NCBI GenBank assembly: GCA_964016885.1
Contig: OZ024742.1
Location: 318,618,001-318,682,000, forward strand
Reading direction: 5' to 3'
DNA from: Eledone cirrhosa
Taxonomy: Eukaryota
Length of the DNA stretch: 64,000 bases
Shown here one piece after another: positions 41,541 to 55,318 of the stretch. The position numbers and the translations under genes were made by a program. The notes beneath the pieces were generated by a model. The model had not been told where the DNA came from. It did not search any database and was given only the letters and a program-made list of their open reading frames with translations. Numbering within the stretch: the stretch's first letter is position 1; each line of letters opens with the position of its first letter.

Positions 41541-43683
41541 TTTTACGTGATATTATTCGACTGACCAATGGTCAATCCCTGACCACGCAATATAACCTCT
41601 CCTGCTGGTTTCATTTTCACAAAAGTCACGTCACCTAGTATTGGGACTCTGTACTAGGCTAGTTGCTTGTCCTCGTAAGTAACGTTCATTTTGGCCCTGT
41701 TCCTCAGCACACCGCAGCCAGCATAGAACTATGTGACAATAGTTGTTTTTTTTCCTCCTCTTTTAAAAAAAAACGCGTGTGTGTGTGTGTATATATATAT
41801 ATATACACATATATACACACACACACACACATATATATATAATGTATATATGTATATACATATATGTATATATATATATATGTATGTATGTGTATATGTA
41901 TATATATATGTATATACATATGTATGTGTGTATATATATATAATATGCATACACACATACATGCATACATACACACGTTATTTTACGTTGCTGCTTACTA
42001 AACTGTTTGCCTAACTTTCTTCCCTGCAAGCAACTTGTAACTTGAAATTTAAACTAAATTCTTCTCATACACTCCAAATGTAATAACTTTATTCACTATT
42101 GTCTATTTTCAGTGTTTACTCTCAGAAATTTGCTGTTTTCAATTAATTTCACATTTATCAGTTTGTGTATAGCTCACTTATAGTTTAGTGTTATATTTCA
42201 TATTTATCAGGTCGTGTATATCACTTATAGTGTAGTGTTGTATTTATAACAGCTAGATCTTTAGTTCATCCTCTTTTGATTGCCATGAAAACTTCCCTAG
42301 TGCTGACATCATGCAAAAGTGTACCCAGTATACAGTGGTTTGCATTAGGAAGGGCATCCAACCATAGAAGCTATTACAACTTCTCTTGTGTTAATGCCAC
42401 AATAAAATACACCCAGTACACTATGTAAAGTGGTTGGTATTAGGGAAAACAACCAGTCGGTGATAACCTCTCTAGTACTAGTGCCACAATAAAATGCACC
42501 CAGTACACTATGTACAGTCTCATGGTTGACTTCATACCTATCAAGGGGCTCATTTTCGAGAATGTTTTATGGCTGGGTACCCTTCCTGGTACTACCCTTG
42601 TATGATATAGTGTACCTGTTCTAAACTGGCACACTGTATCTTTGCTGTTGTAAGCAGTGACAAAAAGGGTTGGAGCCAGGAAGGTTCCCTACCCAATTAG
42701 ATGAACCGTAACTCCTAAAATGTATTTCATAATAATGGTAATGTTTTGGGGAAGCCATTTCCACACTAAAGTTTCTATTGACTCCAACAAGTTATTTCGT
42801 TTGACTCTTTCATTACCACATTTCTAACAAAAGACACTATCTTATGATTTTCAAATCATTTTGAAAATAATCAAGAATTTAGAAAGATTTAGTAAAATAA
42901 CTTTCTCATTATTAAGAGGGTGTTTGAAACAATTCTTACATAAAATTATAATAGAAGGTTTGTAGATAAATAAAACAGATTTTTACCACAATAAAATGCA
43001 CTCTGTAAAGTGGTTGATGCTCAGAGGAACATCCAGCCTTAGAAACCAAACCCCAAATAGAATGTATTGAGCAATGAAGCCAGATTAAGTAATGACTTGG
43101 TCCTGTAATGACTAATTCAACCCTTGCCAGTATGGTAAGGTCAACATAAGTCATGTGCAAACTGCAGCCCATTTAGCTTTGTGAAAGGCACACCTAATTT
43201 CAAAATTGCCTTGAAATATTTTAGTAGTGTGGCCTCGCTTATGATGAGTCACAGCCTATGTGGCCCACTGCTCGAAAAAGGTTGTCTGCGCTTGCTGTAA
43301 AGTGATAAAATAAAAAGTTCTTGTTCAGTATTATCCGTAGTTGCTTGGCTTCATACTTTAACCCATTCGTTACCATATTTCTAATGAAATGCATTTTGTT
43401 TTAATTTATTTTTTAACTAGTCAAGAACTTTGAAGAATTTAGTAAAGTTGCTTTTTCATCTTTTTCATTAAGTTAATATTTAGAATATAGCTCAAAGAAA
43501 GATTCTTACGTAAAATTTTGATGGAAGGTTTTTGTATAAATATATAAAAAAGTTAGAAAGATTTGTATCATAGGACAAGTGGTGGTTTCAAGTATGTTGG
43601 TATCAAATAGGTTAAGAACAGTGTACTTAACCAAGATACTGGGCTGTAGGTCTTGATATCTTGGTGCAAGTATGTATTGTATC

Positions 43684-43755
43684 TGTGAGTTAAGTCAGTA
43701 AGATGTTATTTGCAATGGTGCCATTGCAAATAACATCTTACTGACTTAACTCACA
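43684..43755. repeat. Perfect 72-bp palindrome (35-bp arms, 2-nt spacer)
   Basis: tgtgagttaagtcagtaagatgttatttgcaatgg-tg-ccattgcaaataacatcttactgacttaactcaca. Confidence 0.95.
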
Positions 43756-44744
43756 AGTGCATATTATTGTCTTGTCTCAATAGTTAAAAGTAGACTGTAT
43801 ATAATTGTATCTGGAGTGTGAACCCTTGAATGACAGTGTTGAAGAGTTCAAACTAACATTTGTCTGTGGTGTTCACTTGTTTCTTGCTGTTGTTTAGCCC
43901 CAGGTCAACCCTGATCAGATGCATTCCTGTCATCATCATCTCATCCCATCTTTTTAAGGTGTTTCTCGTGCATCTTTTAACCCTTTATTTTCTGAGGGAG
44001 AAACACTGGAAATTTTACAAATAACTGAATAAAGTAATCTAACAAACACTTACATACATACACGCTAATTTACTGGGTATTTCGAAGCAAAGTTCAATTA
44101 CTAATATCTGTCAGGGTGAATATATTTGGTTGTTAGGGGTAATAGTTGCCAGGTACTAGAGTAGTGAGGTAGGTTTCTTACAGCTGTCAACTATTATCAG
44201 CCACAGAGTAGGAACAGTCATACTATGGAAAGGTAGAAAAAGAACGAATGATCTAGAAATATGTATTTGCTGCTGATATAACCAAACTGCTGTCACAACC
44301 TTAATTTCTACTACCTTTAGGAGTTGAGGTACTGGCAGCTTAAACTGTCTTGTAACTGCACAATGTAAGGCTGGCTATTGCAGTGAGAGGATGGTAGCAA
44401 ATGTTATGGGAAGGTGCTGCTATTTCATTTGAATATATTACACATTACTATTATTATTATTTTTAAATTAATGTTGTATTCTTTTGCAATTTGAATTTGA
44501 ATCTTGCCAGAATCAACTTGCTTTCTGTCCTTCCAAAGTCAAGCAATACCAGTAATTCAATCCAGTTAACTAAAATTACACTGATAAACTTGTTGTGATG
44601 TGTCAACATTTTGTTTTGCTATGGTCCTTGGACTCCTGTTGGAGTTGTATGGGTCTGTCATTAGATCTTGGGAATTTTAAACCTGGTAGAACTCATACCT
44701 CTCCAGGTTTCAACACAGTTGATTTCTTCCATAAAGTGAAATGT

Positions 44745-46352
44745 CAGAGTGCAGATAGCCAGAATGAATACCACAAAGCGTTCTATCTGGTGCCCTCACA
44801 ACGCTACCAATTTACCTATGTAAGAAATTATTATTGGTAGTAAATATGTCTTCCTATTGATCTGCTGTTGAGAAATTATTATTAGTAGTAGCAGTATGGA
44901 GATCACACTACTAGTGTTCTTATAAAATATAGGGTCTGATGTTATGCTTTGCGGCAAAGAGTTATGGCCCATTATGATCTGAGTTCAAATCCTGCCAAGG
45001 TTAACTTTGCCTTTTATCCTCATGGGGTCGATAAAATAAAGCACCAGTAATACACTGGGATAATTGCTGGCCTTGTGCCAAAAGTAGAAACAATTATTTA
45101 TTATCATTAAAGATTGGGCGGTGGATTGGCAGTATCGGTAGAGAGTCGGATGCCATGCTTTCCAGCATAGTTACATCCCTTTACGGTCTGAGTTCAAATC
45201 TCGCCGAGGTTCACTTTGCCTTTCATCCTTACGGGGTCGATAAAATAAAGTACCAGTAATGTACTGGGTAATTGCTGGCCTTGTGCCAAAAAAGTAGAAA
45301 CAATTATCACCCTTATTGTTATTATTACTAGGGCGATGGATTGGCAGTTTTGGTAGTGTTGGACAACATGCTTTGTAGCATATTGTTACGGCCCTCTATG
45401 TTCTGAGTTGAAATCTGCTGAGGTTAGCTTTGCCTTTCAATCTTAAGGGTCGATAAAATAAAGTACCAGTAATGCACTGGGTCGATTTAATTGGTTTTCC
45501 CTTCCCCCCAAATTGTTGGCTTTGTGCCTAAATCAGAAATCCTCATTATTATTTGATTGGCAGAATCGTTAGAACATTGGGCAAAATGCCTTATGGTATT
45601 TGTTTTGGGCCTTCACAGTCAGATCTCGCAAGGTTCAACTTTACCTTTCATGCTTCTGGAGGTCAATAAATTAAAGCACCAAACATATGCTGAGGTCAAT
45701 ATAAATCAACTAACCTTGCACGTTAAATCTATGACCTATGTTAGAAATAATTATTATTAAGGACTGTAGATTGATAGGGTTGTTAGAGCATCATACAAAA
45801 TGCCTTGTGGTATTTGTTTCAACCCATAACGAAGTCAATAAAATAAATACCAATCAATGTAATTGACTGTTCCCCTCCCTGTTAGAAATTATTAAGAGCT
45901 GGATTAACAGAATTGTTAGAGCATTGTACAAGATGTATTGTGGTATCACGTTCTTCAGCGAGATCAATATAATCAATATTCAGCTCCTCTTCCTCCTAAT
46001 GACTTTGTGCTTAAATCAGAAACCATTATTATTGTTATTATTAATAGAGTTACGACCCTTTACGTTCTGAGTTTGAATCCCGCCGAGGTTAATTTTGCCT
46101 TTCATTCTTACGGGGTCGATAAAATAAAGCACTAGAGTTGATTTAATTGACTTTTCCCTCCCCCAAAGTTGCTGACCTTATACCTATAGTAGAAATCATC
46201 ATCATTATTATTATCCCTTTATGATCTGAGTTCAAATCCCGCCGAGGTTAACTTTGCTATTCATCCTTACGGGGTCGATAAGATAAAGTACCAGTAATGT
46301 ACTGGGATAAATGCTGGCCTTGTGCCAAAAGTAGAAACAATTATTATTATTA
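44745..46352 (+). mobile_element. Head-to-tail stack of ~7-8 Deu/Nin-domain SINE copies
   Basis: ctgagttcaaatc...gcctttcatccttacggggtcgataaaataaagtaccagta...ctggccttgtgccaaaagtagaaac(attatt)n repeated in one orientation. Confidence 0.85.
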
Positions 46353-49300
46353 TTTGAAGTAGTATTAGTAGTTGCATTTTTATAAAATGGATTTAAGTGG
46401 CATAAATGCTAATGAAATATTTAGTTTTGTCCCTTTACATGAATCTTCCTAAAATTTATTTTGATTCCTGATGAAATTGATCAAATAAGTATCAGTGATA
46501 TGATGTGTTGTGGTTGAATAAATTGTCTTTACCTTGTTCACTACAAAAGTCAGTCTTGAACTCAATCAAAACAATAAATTATTAAAAGCCTGTAGATTTG
46601 CCTGCAAATAGAATTGACTGCTACAGTATGTTTTTCAATCCTTTAGCATTTAAAGTGGCTGTATCCGGCTAGAATTCTCTCACATCTTTCTGTTCAAACT
46701 GGCTGCTTACACTGATGTTAAGGTATTGTTCTCAAAATAAATAATATCAAAATCTCATTGATTCGATATTATGTGGGATAATTGTGTGAAAAAAGTGTTT
46801 ACTGTGAAAATACAATAGTAAATATAGAGTAATGTAAATGCTAAAGGGTTAAACTGTGCTCTTTTATGTCATTTGCTAGTTTTCCACCTACCAACTGATA
46901 TCTTCTCTGTTTTCTAAAAGTTAATTTAGTACAGAAGTGGAACATTTTTTCTGCACTAGATATTTGAAGCCGAGAGGAAAGTCCATGAAGGGCATTTGCT
47001 GTGTCTCTCAGACTGGTGAGATTGATTTGACTTGTGCACTTCTTAAATATCTGCAGAATAAACATAATTAGGTTGGGAATTGGTTCAAGTACAAGGTGGT
47101 GATGTTGAACTTCTAAACATTTACAAACTGGCATTTTGATGTGTTCCTTGAGCAAAAAATTCTTGGTTTAGCATCAGTCTGTACAGGCACAATATCCTCC
47201 CTTTGGTTGAATGAGCATTTGTGAATGTGCTTGCTCCAATGGTTCAGATTCAATCACAAAATTTTTCCGTAAGGTATATCAATAGAAGTGGTTTTTGTAA
47301 AATAGAAGTTGTGGGGACTTTTGTACACAAGAGCCAAAAAGATAGTTGAATTCATCACCATATTTCAAATGAAATACACTATCTGTGTTTCAATTAATTT
47401 TGAATATAATAAAGAATATGAGGGATTTAGTTACATAACGTAGTCATTTTTCGATTATAATTTGGTAAAAATTTGCTTACATAAAATTATAATGGAAGGT
47501 TTTTAGATAAATATAAATACTGTAAAACAGTTTTGTATCATAGAACCAGGGTCGATTTCAAACAGTTTGGTATCAGAAGGATAAACACAACCAATACATC
47601 AATTAATTAGGTCTTACCCTGGAAGAGACATTCTCAGTTAAGTAGTCATAATTTTTGGAATTTAGTCAATCAAAAGAATTGGTAGGCTATGTTTTACAAA
47701 ATTGTATGGGCTCAGTAAAGATATCTTAGGTCTTTCTTTTCTCGGCTAAGGTTATTACATGTTTGGATTGTTCTGATGATAGAAATTTTTTTTGTTGAGT
47801 TATCATTAAGTAGATGATGGCATAAGGTGTTGACCCTCACAACTAAATATCGTTAACTGTTTTGTTACTGTATTTTAATGAAAGACACTGCTTATGTGTT
47901 TCAGTTAATTTTGAAAATTACAAAAACTTTAAAGGAATTTCATAAAATAACTTTTTCATGACTTCGATGATATTTAGAGCATTAACATTTCTAAAATAAA
48001 ATTATAATGGAAAGTTTTAATATAAGGATGAATATTTAAAATTGACAGTTTTGTATCATAAATTCAGGGCAGTTTCTGACAGAAACATGTTAGACACAAG
48101 AACCACTGCTGTTTGAGTTTGGAAAGATGCTTGCATGAGTCCTATCAGTGGTGCTGTTCTGTGATCCTGACAACCACACTTAAATTTCAATGGTTTTAAC
48201 CTCTAGGTTAGCCTGTATACAATTACTGACAGATTTACAGTTCATTTCAGTGTTTTGGCTCTCAGTCAGCTCTGATTATAGATGTTTTGGCCCTTAACCA
48301 TCTTTTCCTTTTGTATATCTAGGATTACATTATTCAGTGTATCTTTTTTAAAGACATGATTTGAGGGAGACGTAGCTATTTCCAGCAAGTTGAATGATGT
48401 GTAGAACCTTGCCTGTCAATATGTTTCTTAATTTACAGTGCTGTATTCTCAATTTGCTCTTTCAGTTAAAAAAAAAGTGTAGAACTATTACTCTTAGTAG
48501 ATGTCAGGCTATGAAACCATAGTTAAATTGGTATTAACATATCTAATGCAGGGAGTATTAACTCTCTCAACAGCATAATTGTAATGAAAAGCATTTCCTA
48601 TGTGTTTGAAATAATTTTGAAAGTCAAGAATTTGAAGTGATTTATATAGCTAACTTTCTCATTATCAAGTTGATGTTTGGAACATAGCTAAACATGTTAA
48701 AACAAGCAGAGGCAGTTTCAAGTGGTTTGGTACCAAAAGGTTTAAAAAGCTAACTACAAATAGGGGGAACTACAATATCACTGAAAGACTCTCTTGTACT
48801 GAAGTCTTGGCAACTCGGAGGTAGTATGATGTTTTTTTTTATAGATATGTGTTAACCATTTTGTTACTATATATTTGTAATGAAGAACACTGACTATGAT
48901 TTTCAAAATAATCAATAATCGTTATTAATTTGATGTTTGGAACATAACTTAACAAAGGTTCTTACATAAGATATTGACTATGATTTTCAAATCACTTCCG
49001 AAATAATTGAGAATAATTATTAATCTGGTGTTTGGAACATAACTTAATAAGGGTTTTTACATAAAACTATAGATACTTTAAAATAAATAGTTTTGTATAA
49101 TAGAACCAAGGGAGATTTCAGGCAGTGTAGTAAAACTGTTGATGTTGGTATTGAACTTTGCTTGAGCCTAGAATGTAATGCTAACAATTGCTTTAATATG
49201 TAAAAAAAAATAATTTCTTCAATTTTTTTATTTTTTTCTTCCTCTTATTCTTTCTCCTAATTAACTAAGCTTTAAAACCAAAATAATTTCTATATCAATA

Positions 49301-49559
49301 ATGCAACTGTCTAGTTCTTATGCTTGCTGTGCTGTTGTGCTGGCCTTATCTAATTGTTGTTCTTTTCACAGTTATCAATAACAAGTCACAAGAAATTTAT
49401 TATTTAAAAAAAAAATGTATTTGCATCATATATTATCTATTTTCATAAGGGGGGTGGGGTTTCTCCCTTTTAAATTGTCTTTTACCCCTTCTGTATAATA
49501 TCTTAAGCAATATAAAAAAAAGTTGATTACCTTCCTCATTGTTGTGTATTTGAGTGTAC

Positions 49560-49843
<284 letters not shown>

Positions 49844-50165
49844 CACACTAAGGAATTTCTGTTCATTTACAGTCTGGATTGTTTTGTTGGAATTTCAACC
49901 TCTTCACCCCTCTGGTACCTAATTTAAAATCCCTAATAATTTTCCCTTTATCCATATCTTCTGTTTCTCTTTCACTTTCTCAGTAATTTCTTTTTATATT
50001 AATTTTTACTATAATTCTTCTAACTATAATCATTTAAGCTGACTGCCAAAATACACACCAGGTTTCTTTTCTAGGAGGAAAGCTTTTCACACACACTCAT
50101 AGCCCGTACTTTCTTTCTGTTTTGGATTGACACACATGTTCACATTGCCAATATGTGCATGTGTG

Positions 50166-50237
<72 letters not shown>

Positions 50238-52269
50238 TACACACACATACATACACGTCTTCTTCAGGCTCTGTCTTTCCCATATGTACATAATCATGGT
50301 TTTGTGCTGAAGTCAATCCAAATCAAAGATTAGAGTACTATTTCATATAAACAGACCTGATCCTAAAAAGTAAATGACTATAATATACATTATCTTAACT
50401 TCTATAGTTGTTTTGGGCTGGGTTTGACAACTCAGGGATCATAGGGCAGCATCTAACTAGAATTTGGTGTAAAGAAAGCTGTATTACTAAATCCATCCCT
50501 TATATCTCCTTTCTACCATTTAAAAACACATTCCCTTATTTTATTTTTGTTTTATTTTTGTTACTTGTAAAACATTTACAAACCCCACCTTCCTTACTGT
50601 TTCTGTTTAAAAAATGTTTCATTCCTCATGGGTAAGTATTCAGTATGGTTCAGTGATATATACATGTATGATTTTTGCCTTAAAATGATGTAATACTTAA
50701 AAATAGAAAAGAAAACAAATACAAAAAACAACAACCCTGTAAACGTTTCCAGAATGTATTTTCATGCACACTTATTATAATTATTATTGTTATTATTATT
50801 ACTTAGGGTGGGGAGGGTGGTGGATTAGCAGAATTGTTAGTGTGTTGGATGAAAGACACTGCAGTATTTCATTATAGCTTCTACATTCTGAGTTCAAATC
50901 CCGCCGAGGCTAGCTTTGCCTTTCATCCTTACAGGGTCAATAAAATAAAGCACCAGTAATGCACTGGGGTTGATTTAATCGATTCTCCCCTCTCCCCAAA
51001 ATTGCTGGTCTTGTACCTATAGTAGAAATTATGATTATTTATTGATTTATTGTTTCATCCCTTTTAGGAATCTTACTTAGATTCAGCTTGCTTTCCATAT
51101 GACCACTAGTTTTAATTTACCCTCATTTCTTTTTAAAAGGTGTTCATTCTTAAATTTATTTTCATTATAGTTCATTGACTGATTTAGCTTTTTTTTTTTT
51201 TAGTGTTTTTTGTGTTTTGTGTGTTTTCAATTTGTTGACAAAATTACAAATTAGGTCTGTTGAATCTTCATGTCTTTTCTTTGCAATTTCTTTGTTAATA
51301 TGGTATTCAATGGGAGTTGATTTTCTGATGAAAGAAATATAATCACGGAAAAAAGTCACACTTTTGATTTGGAAAGAAGATTTAAACTGAAATTAAATTT
51401 TTTTTTGTTATTAAATTTTTCATTGATATGTTTCCGACTTATTTTAAATATTTATATAAAATGTGCCATTTTCTCCTGTGAAATTTTCTCCCTGGATTTG
51501 GTTTTCTATTGTTAAATACAGTAATTAATTAATTGTTCATGTACCCCATTTCACCAAACACTCTGCATACAGGTATGGCTGTGTATATAATGACACTCTC
51601 TCTTTTCTGTAACTATTGTTACAGGTGGTAGTGGGATAAATTAATGTATTGTTCTTATTTAGATTTCTCAATTCACAGCTAAGTACTGATTCTCAGATGT
51701 CTGTTATCTGAGTCTTGCTACAATGCTAATTTTGTCACTACATCAATGCTGAGAGAAATATCTAGAAAGTTTGTTCTTTGAACTATATTTTCTTTAACTT
51801 TTTGCTTATCAAGTAAGATAGCTTACTGGCTATTTTCTGGGAAACATGAAGAAAATGGAAGATATAGTCTTTGTTTCTATCGATTGAGAATATTTTACTT
51901 TCAGATATTTGAAACTCTGGATTTATATTACCTTGGCTAGTTTGTTCTGATAACAGAAGCCCCCCCCCCCCCCCCCCCCATGTTAGGGAAGGGTTTCTTA
52001 CAAACTTTAGTTATTTTAGGTTTTAATATTTCAATCCTAATAAATGAGAAAATCTCTGTTACTTAAAAAATCCATCACCTTTATATCAATTTTACACCAA
52101 TGATATGGTTAGAGTTCATATATGAACTATGTATTTGTTTTTATTGGTTTTGTGGCTTTAAAATCAAACATACTCATATATATTTTTCTCTTTACTGGCA
52201 AATCTGCAACATTTTGTAGTATTTGTACTAGTAGTTATAATAGTTGCTGTGCAGTTGACACAAGAAGGA

Positions 52270-53883
52270 TTTCCAGTTCAGATATCTCTCTTCACACCTA
52301 ATGTAGATCCTTGTTGTTCATATTAGTTCCAGTTCAGATATCTCTTCATATATATATACACACACTGTAGGTTCACGCTGTTCCTTTGTTAACGAATGCT
52401 CACTGTTGTTCATATTAGTTCCAGTCTAGATATCTTTTTTCACACATACAGGGTGCGGACGATATTTGTTCGCAAGATTATTGTCTAGGAAAAAATAACA
52501 CAGTAGTTTTATTTTTTAAGATATATTTATCAAACTTGGGTCAGTTTGTCTTCATGACTTGTTCTTTCGATCTCACTCGATAAACCCACCATTGGCTTTG
52601 ATGACGGCCTCAAGGCGGCCTTGGAACCGGCTACAGGCCTTCGTCACTGTCCCCAGACTTAGGCCCCTAAAGGCACTTGTGATCCTGGCCTTCAGATTGT
52701 CTTTCGTATTGCAGCTAGATCTGTTGGTGTCTCGTTCCACTGCGCCCAACACAAAGAAGTCGAGGGGGTTACAGTCAGGTGAGCTGGGAGGCCAGATGTC
52801 AGGTGAAGTGTGGTCGACGAAGTTCTCTGACAGGCTTGGGTCTTTCGGCTGGTATGGCTGGGCGCTGAGTCTTGCTGCCACACGTATGGCTTACCTGCAG
52901 CTACCTGGTCGATCCAGGGCTTTACTACCTCGTTCAGAACGCGGATGTAGCCATCGGTGTTCAGCTTGAGGCCTTCAGGAAAGAAGTAAGGTGGCATGAC
53001 GTCACCTTGACTGCTGACGAGACCTAAGACCAATGTTGTCGCTGGAAACTTTGTCTGCATGACTCTGGGCACATCTTTGGATGAGACAGCGAGCCACCTG
53101 TTGTTCTGGGAGTTGATCTTCTGGTCTTGGCAGAAGTTTTTCTCGTCGGAGAAAAACCACAGCATGTCTGGCTCCAGTGGGTGTTTCAACTTATTGATCA
53201 GCTTCTTTGCGTGCTTCAGTCGCTTTTCTTGCATCGCCTTTGACAGAAATTGTCCTTTCCTCATCTTGTATGAAACGTAGCTAATGTCTTCATGTACCAC
53301 CAGCCTAATGAGCTTTTCATCCACGCCTTTCTCCCTTGCAATGGCACGCATCGACTTGCTAGGTTCATTGTTGATGATATCCTGAACTTCAGCGATGAAC
53401 TTGGGCATTCTGAAGGCGTCAGATCGTCGATCATGTGTTTTCCTCTCTGATGTTGCTTCGTAGTCGAATCATGAACCTTCCAATTCCTTTCTGACCTTTT
53501 CCACCATTCTCCTGCGGACGCTGAGAAAGTCTGAAATTTCCTTATTTATCCTCCCGGTCTCTTCCACAAATTTGGAGGTTCAAAATTATTCATAATCAAT
53601 TATTCTGAAAATAAATAATGGAAATATAGTCACTGTTTTTATGACAACGGAAGTAAAAAAAATTTGCATAAAATTAGCAGTTGAAAATTGCGAACAAATA
53701 TCGTCTACACCCTGTATGTATATATATATATAAAGTAGGTTCACGGTGTTCCTTTGTTAGCGAATGCTCGCCGTCATTCATATTAGTTCCAGTCCAGATA
53801 TCTCTTTTCATACACACATATATATATAAAGTAGGTTCACGCTGTTCCCTTGCTAATGAATGCTCGCCGTTGTTCATATTAGT
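52270..53883. repeat. ~95-bp tandem repeat interrupted by the mariner element
   Basis: gtaggttcacgctgttcctttgtta.cgaatgctc.c.gt..ttcatattagttccagt...gatatct occurs on both sides of the insertion. Confidence 0.8.
52449..53714 (-). mobile_element. Tc1/mariner superfamily DNA transposon (probably maT/DD37D type) with a disrupted transposase
   Basis: 27-bp TIRs CAGGGTG(CG/TA)GACGATATTTGTTCGCAA with TA target duplication. Motifs FSDEKNF, WQQDSAPSHTS and WPPSSPDCNPLDF are split over ORFs 52692..53408 and 52573..52881. The D-D spacing cannot be counted across the frameshift. Confidence 0.92.
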
Positions 53884-54067
53884 ATTCTATGCACTGCTAC
53901 TTCATCTATTCCAGGGAAGATCACGCCAATACTGCTGTAAGGTGAGCTATGAATTAGACTGAGAACATTTGATAGACTGCATCCTCCACTGCACACAAGC
54001 TCCCCAAGTCTTGCCATACAGTCTGGCTCAGATAAGTTGGATCATTAAAACAAATTGTTTCACATGA

Positions 54068-54101
<34 letters not shown>

Positions 54102-54136
54102 ACATGTGTGTGTATATATATATGCACAAATTTGTG

Positions 54137-54192
<56 letters not shown>

Positions 54193-54960
54193 TATATATT
54201 AAATAAAATTACAAAAAAAAAAATGCAATTCTCAAATTACATTAATTTTTTGTTTTGAACCCTAGTAATATAAACCAAGACAATTTATTTCTGGAAAAAT
54301 AATCATATGTGGCTCCCAGATTTCTGCATGCTTTGTCATATTCTGTGCAATTTTGGTTTGGCATTTAAGATAACTGTCTCTTTACAGTTGCTAAACTATT
54401 TTGTTCATTGCATGCTGATGTAATTATTACAACATTTTTGTTGCCTTCTAGAACTTTCTGGGATATTTATCCTTCACTCCTACCCCTTAAAACACTGGTG
54501 TAATGTGTGCTGGCAGCAGTGTTCTATATACTAAGGAATTTCCCTCTGTTTAACAAAAACATGGCAATGGTTCCAATAGCTCTCAGATTATTGTCCATAG
54601 CTTCAGTTGCTAAAATGTACATTAGTATGTTTCAGTTTCCTGTTGTTATCCAACAATTCTTAGCAATGATTATTACATGTTATATATATATAAATAATAA
54701 TGATAATAATAATAAATACAAGATCAGAATCCAGAGAGGACTCTATAAGAGTTGTGTGTGCATGCATATATATGTATATACATTGCATACAAGTATGTAT
54801 ATATTATATATTGTCCAACCCTTCCAAGCGTGGAACAACGGATGTAAAATGATGGTGATATAATATATATGTATATAATATATTGTCCAACCCGAGCATC
54901 ATATGTAAAATGAGGGTGTGCGTGTATAATATATATGAATGTATATATATAGTGTGTGTG

Positions 54961-55005
<45 letters not shown>

Positions 55006-55282
55006 GTATTTATAATTTATAAGGATTTTTAAATGGTTTTTCTAGTGTAGGTCAATTTTATGTTTGGTTAGTTTCCTTGGAGTGTAGAAATCTGTATGTG
55101 GACAAGACTAATTTTCTTTGTTGGTATTTAATGCTTCTTTTTTACTTTCACCATTTTATTTCTTTATTCTTTATCTTATTACTTCTAAAAGTTAGGGATT
55201 TAACTTTTAATGGTTTTCATGATTTTCCCTGCTCTGATTTGTCATTTCCCATTTACTTATCTCTTTTAAAAGTACTTTTTGT

Positions 55283-55318
<36 letters not shown>

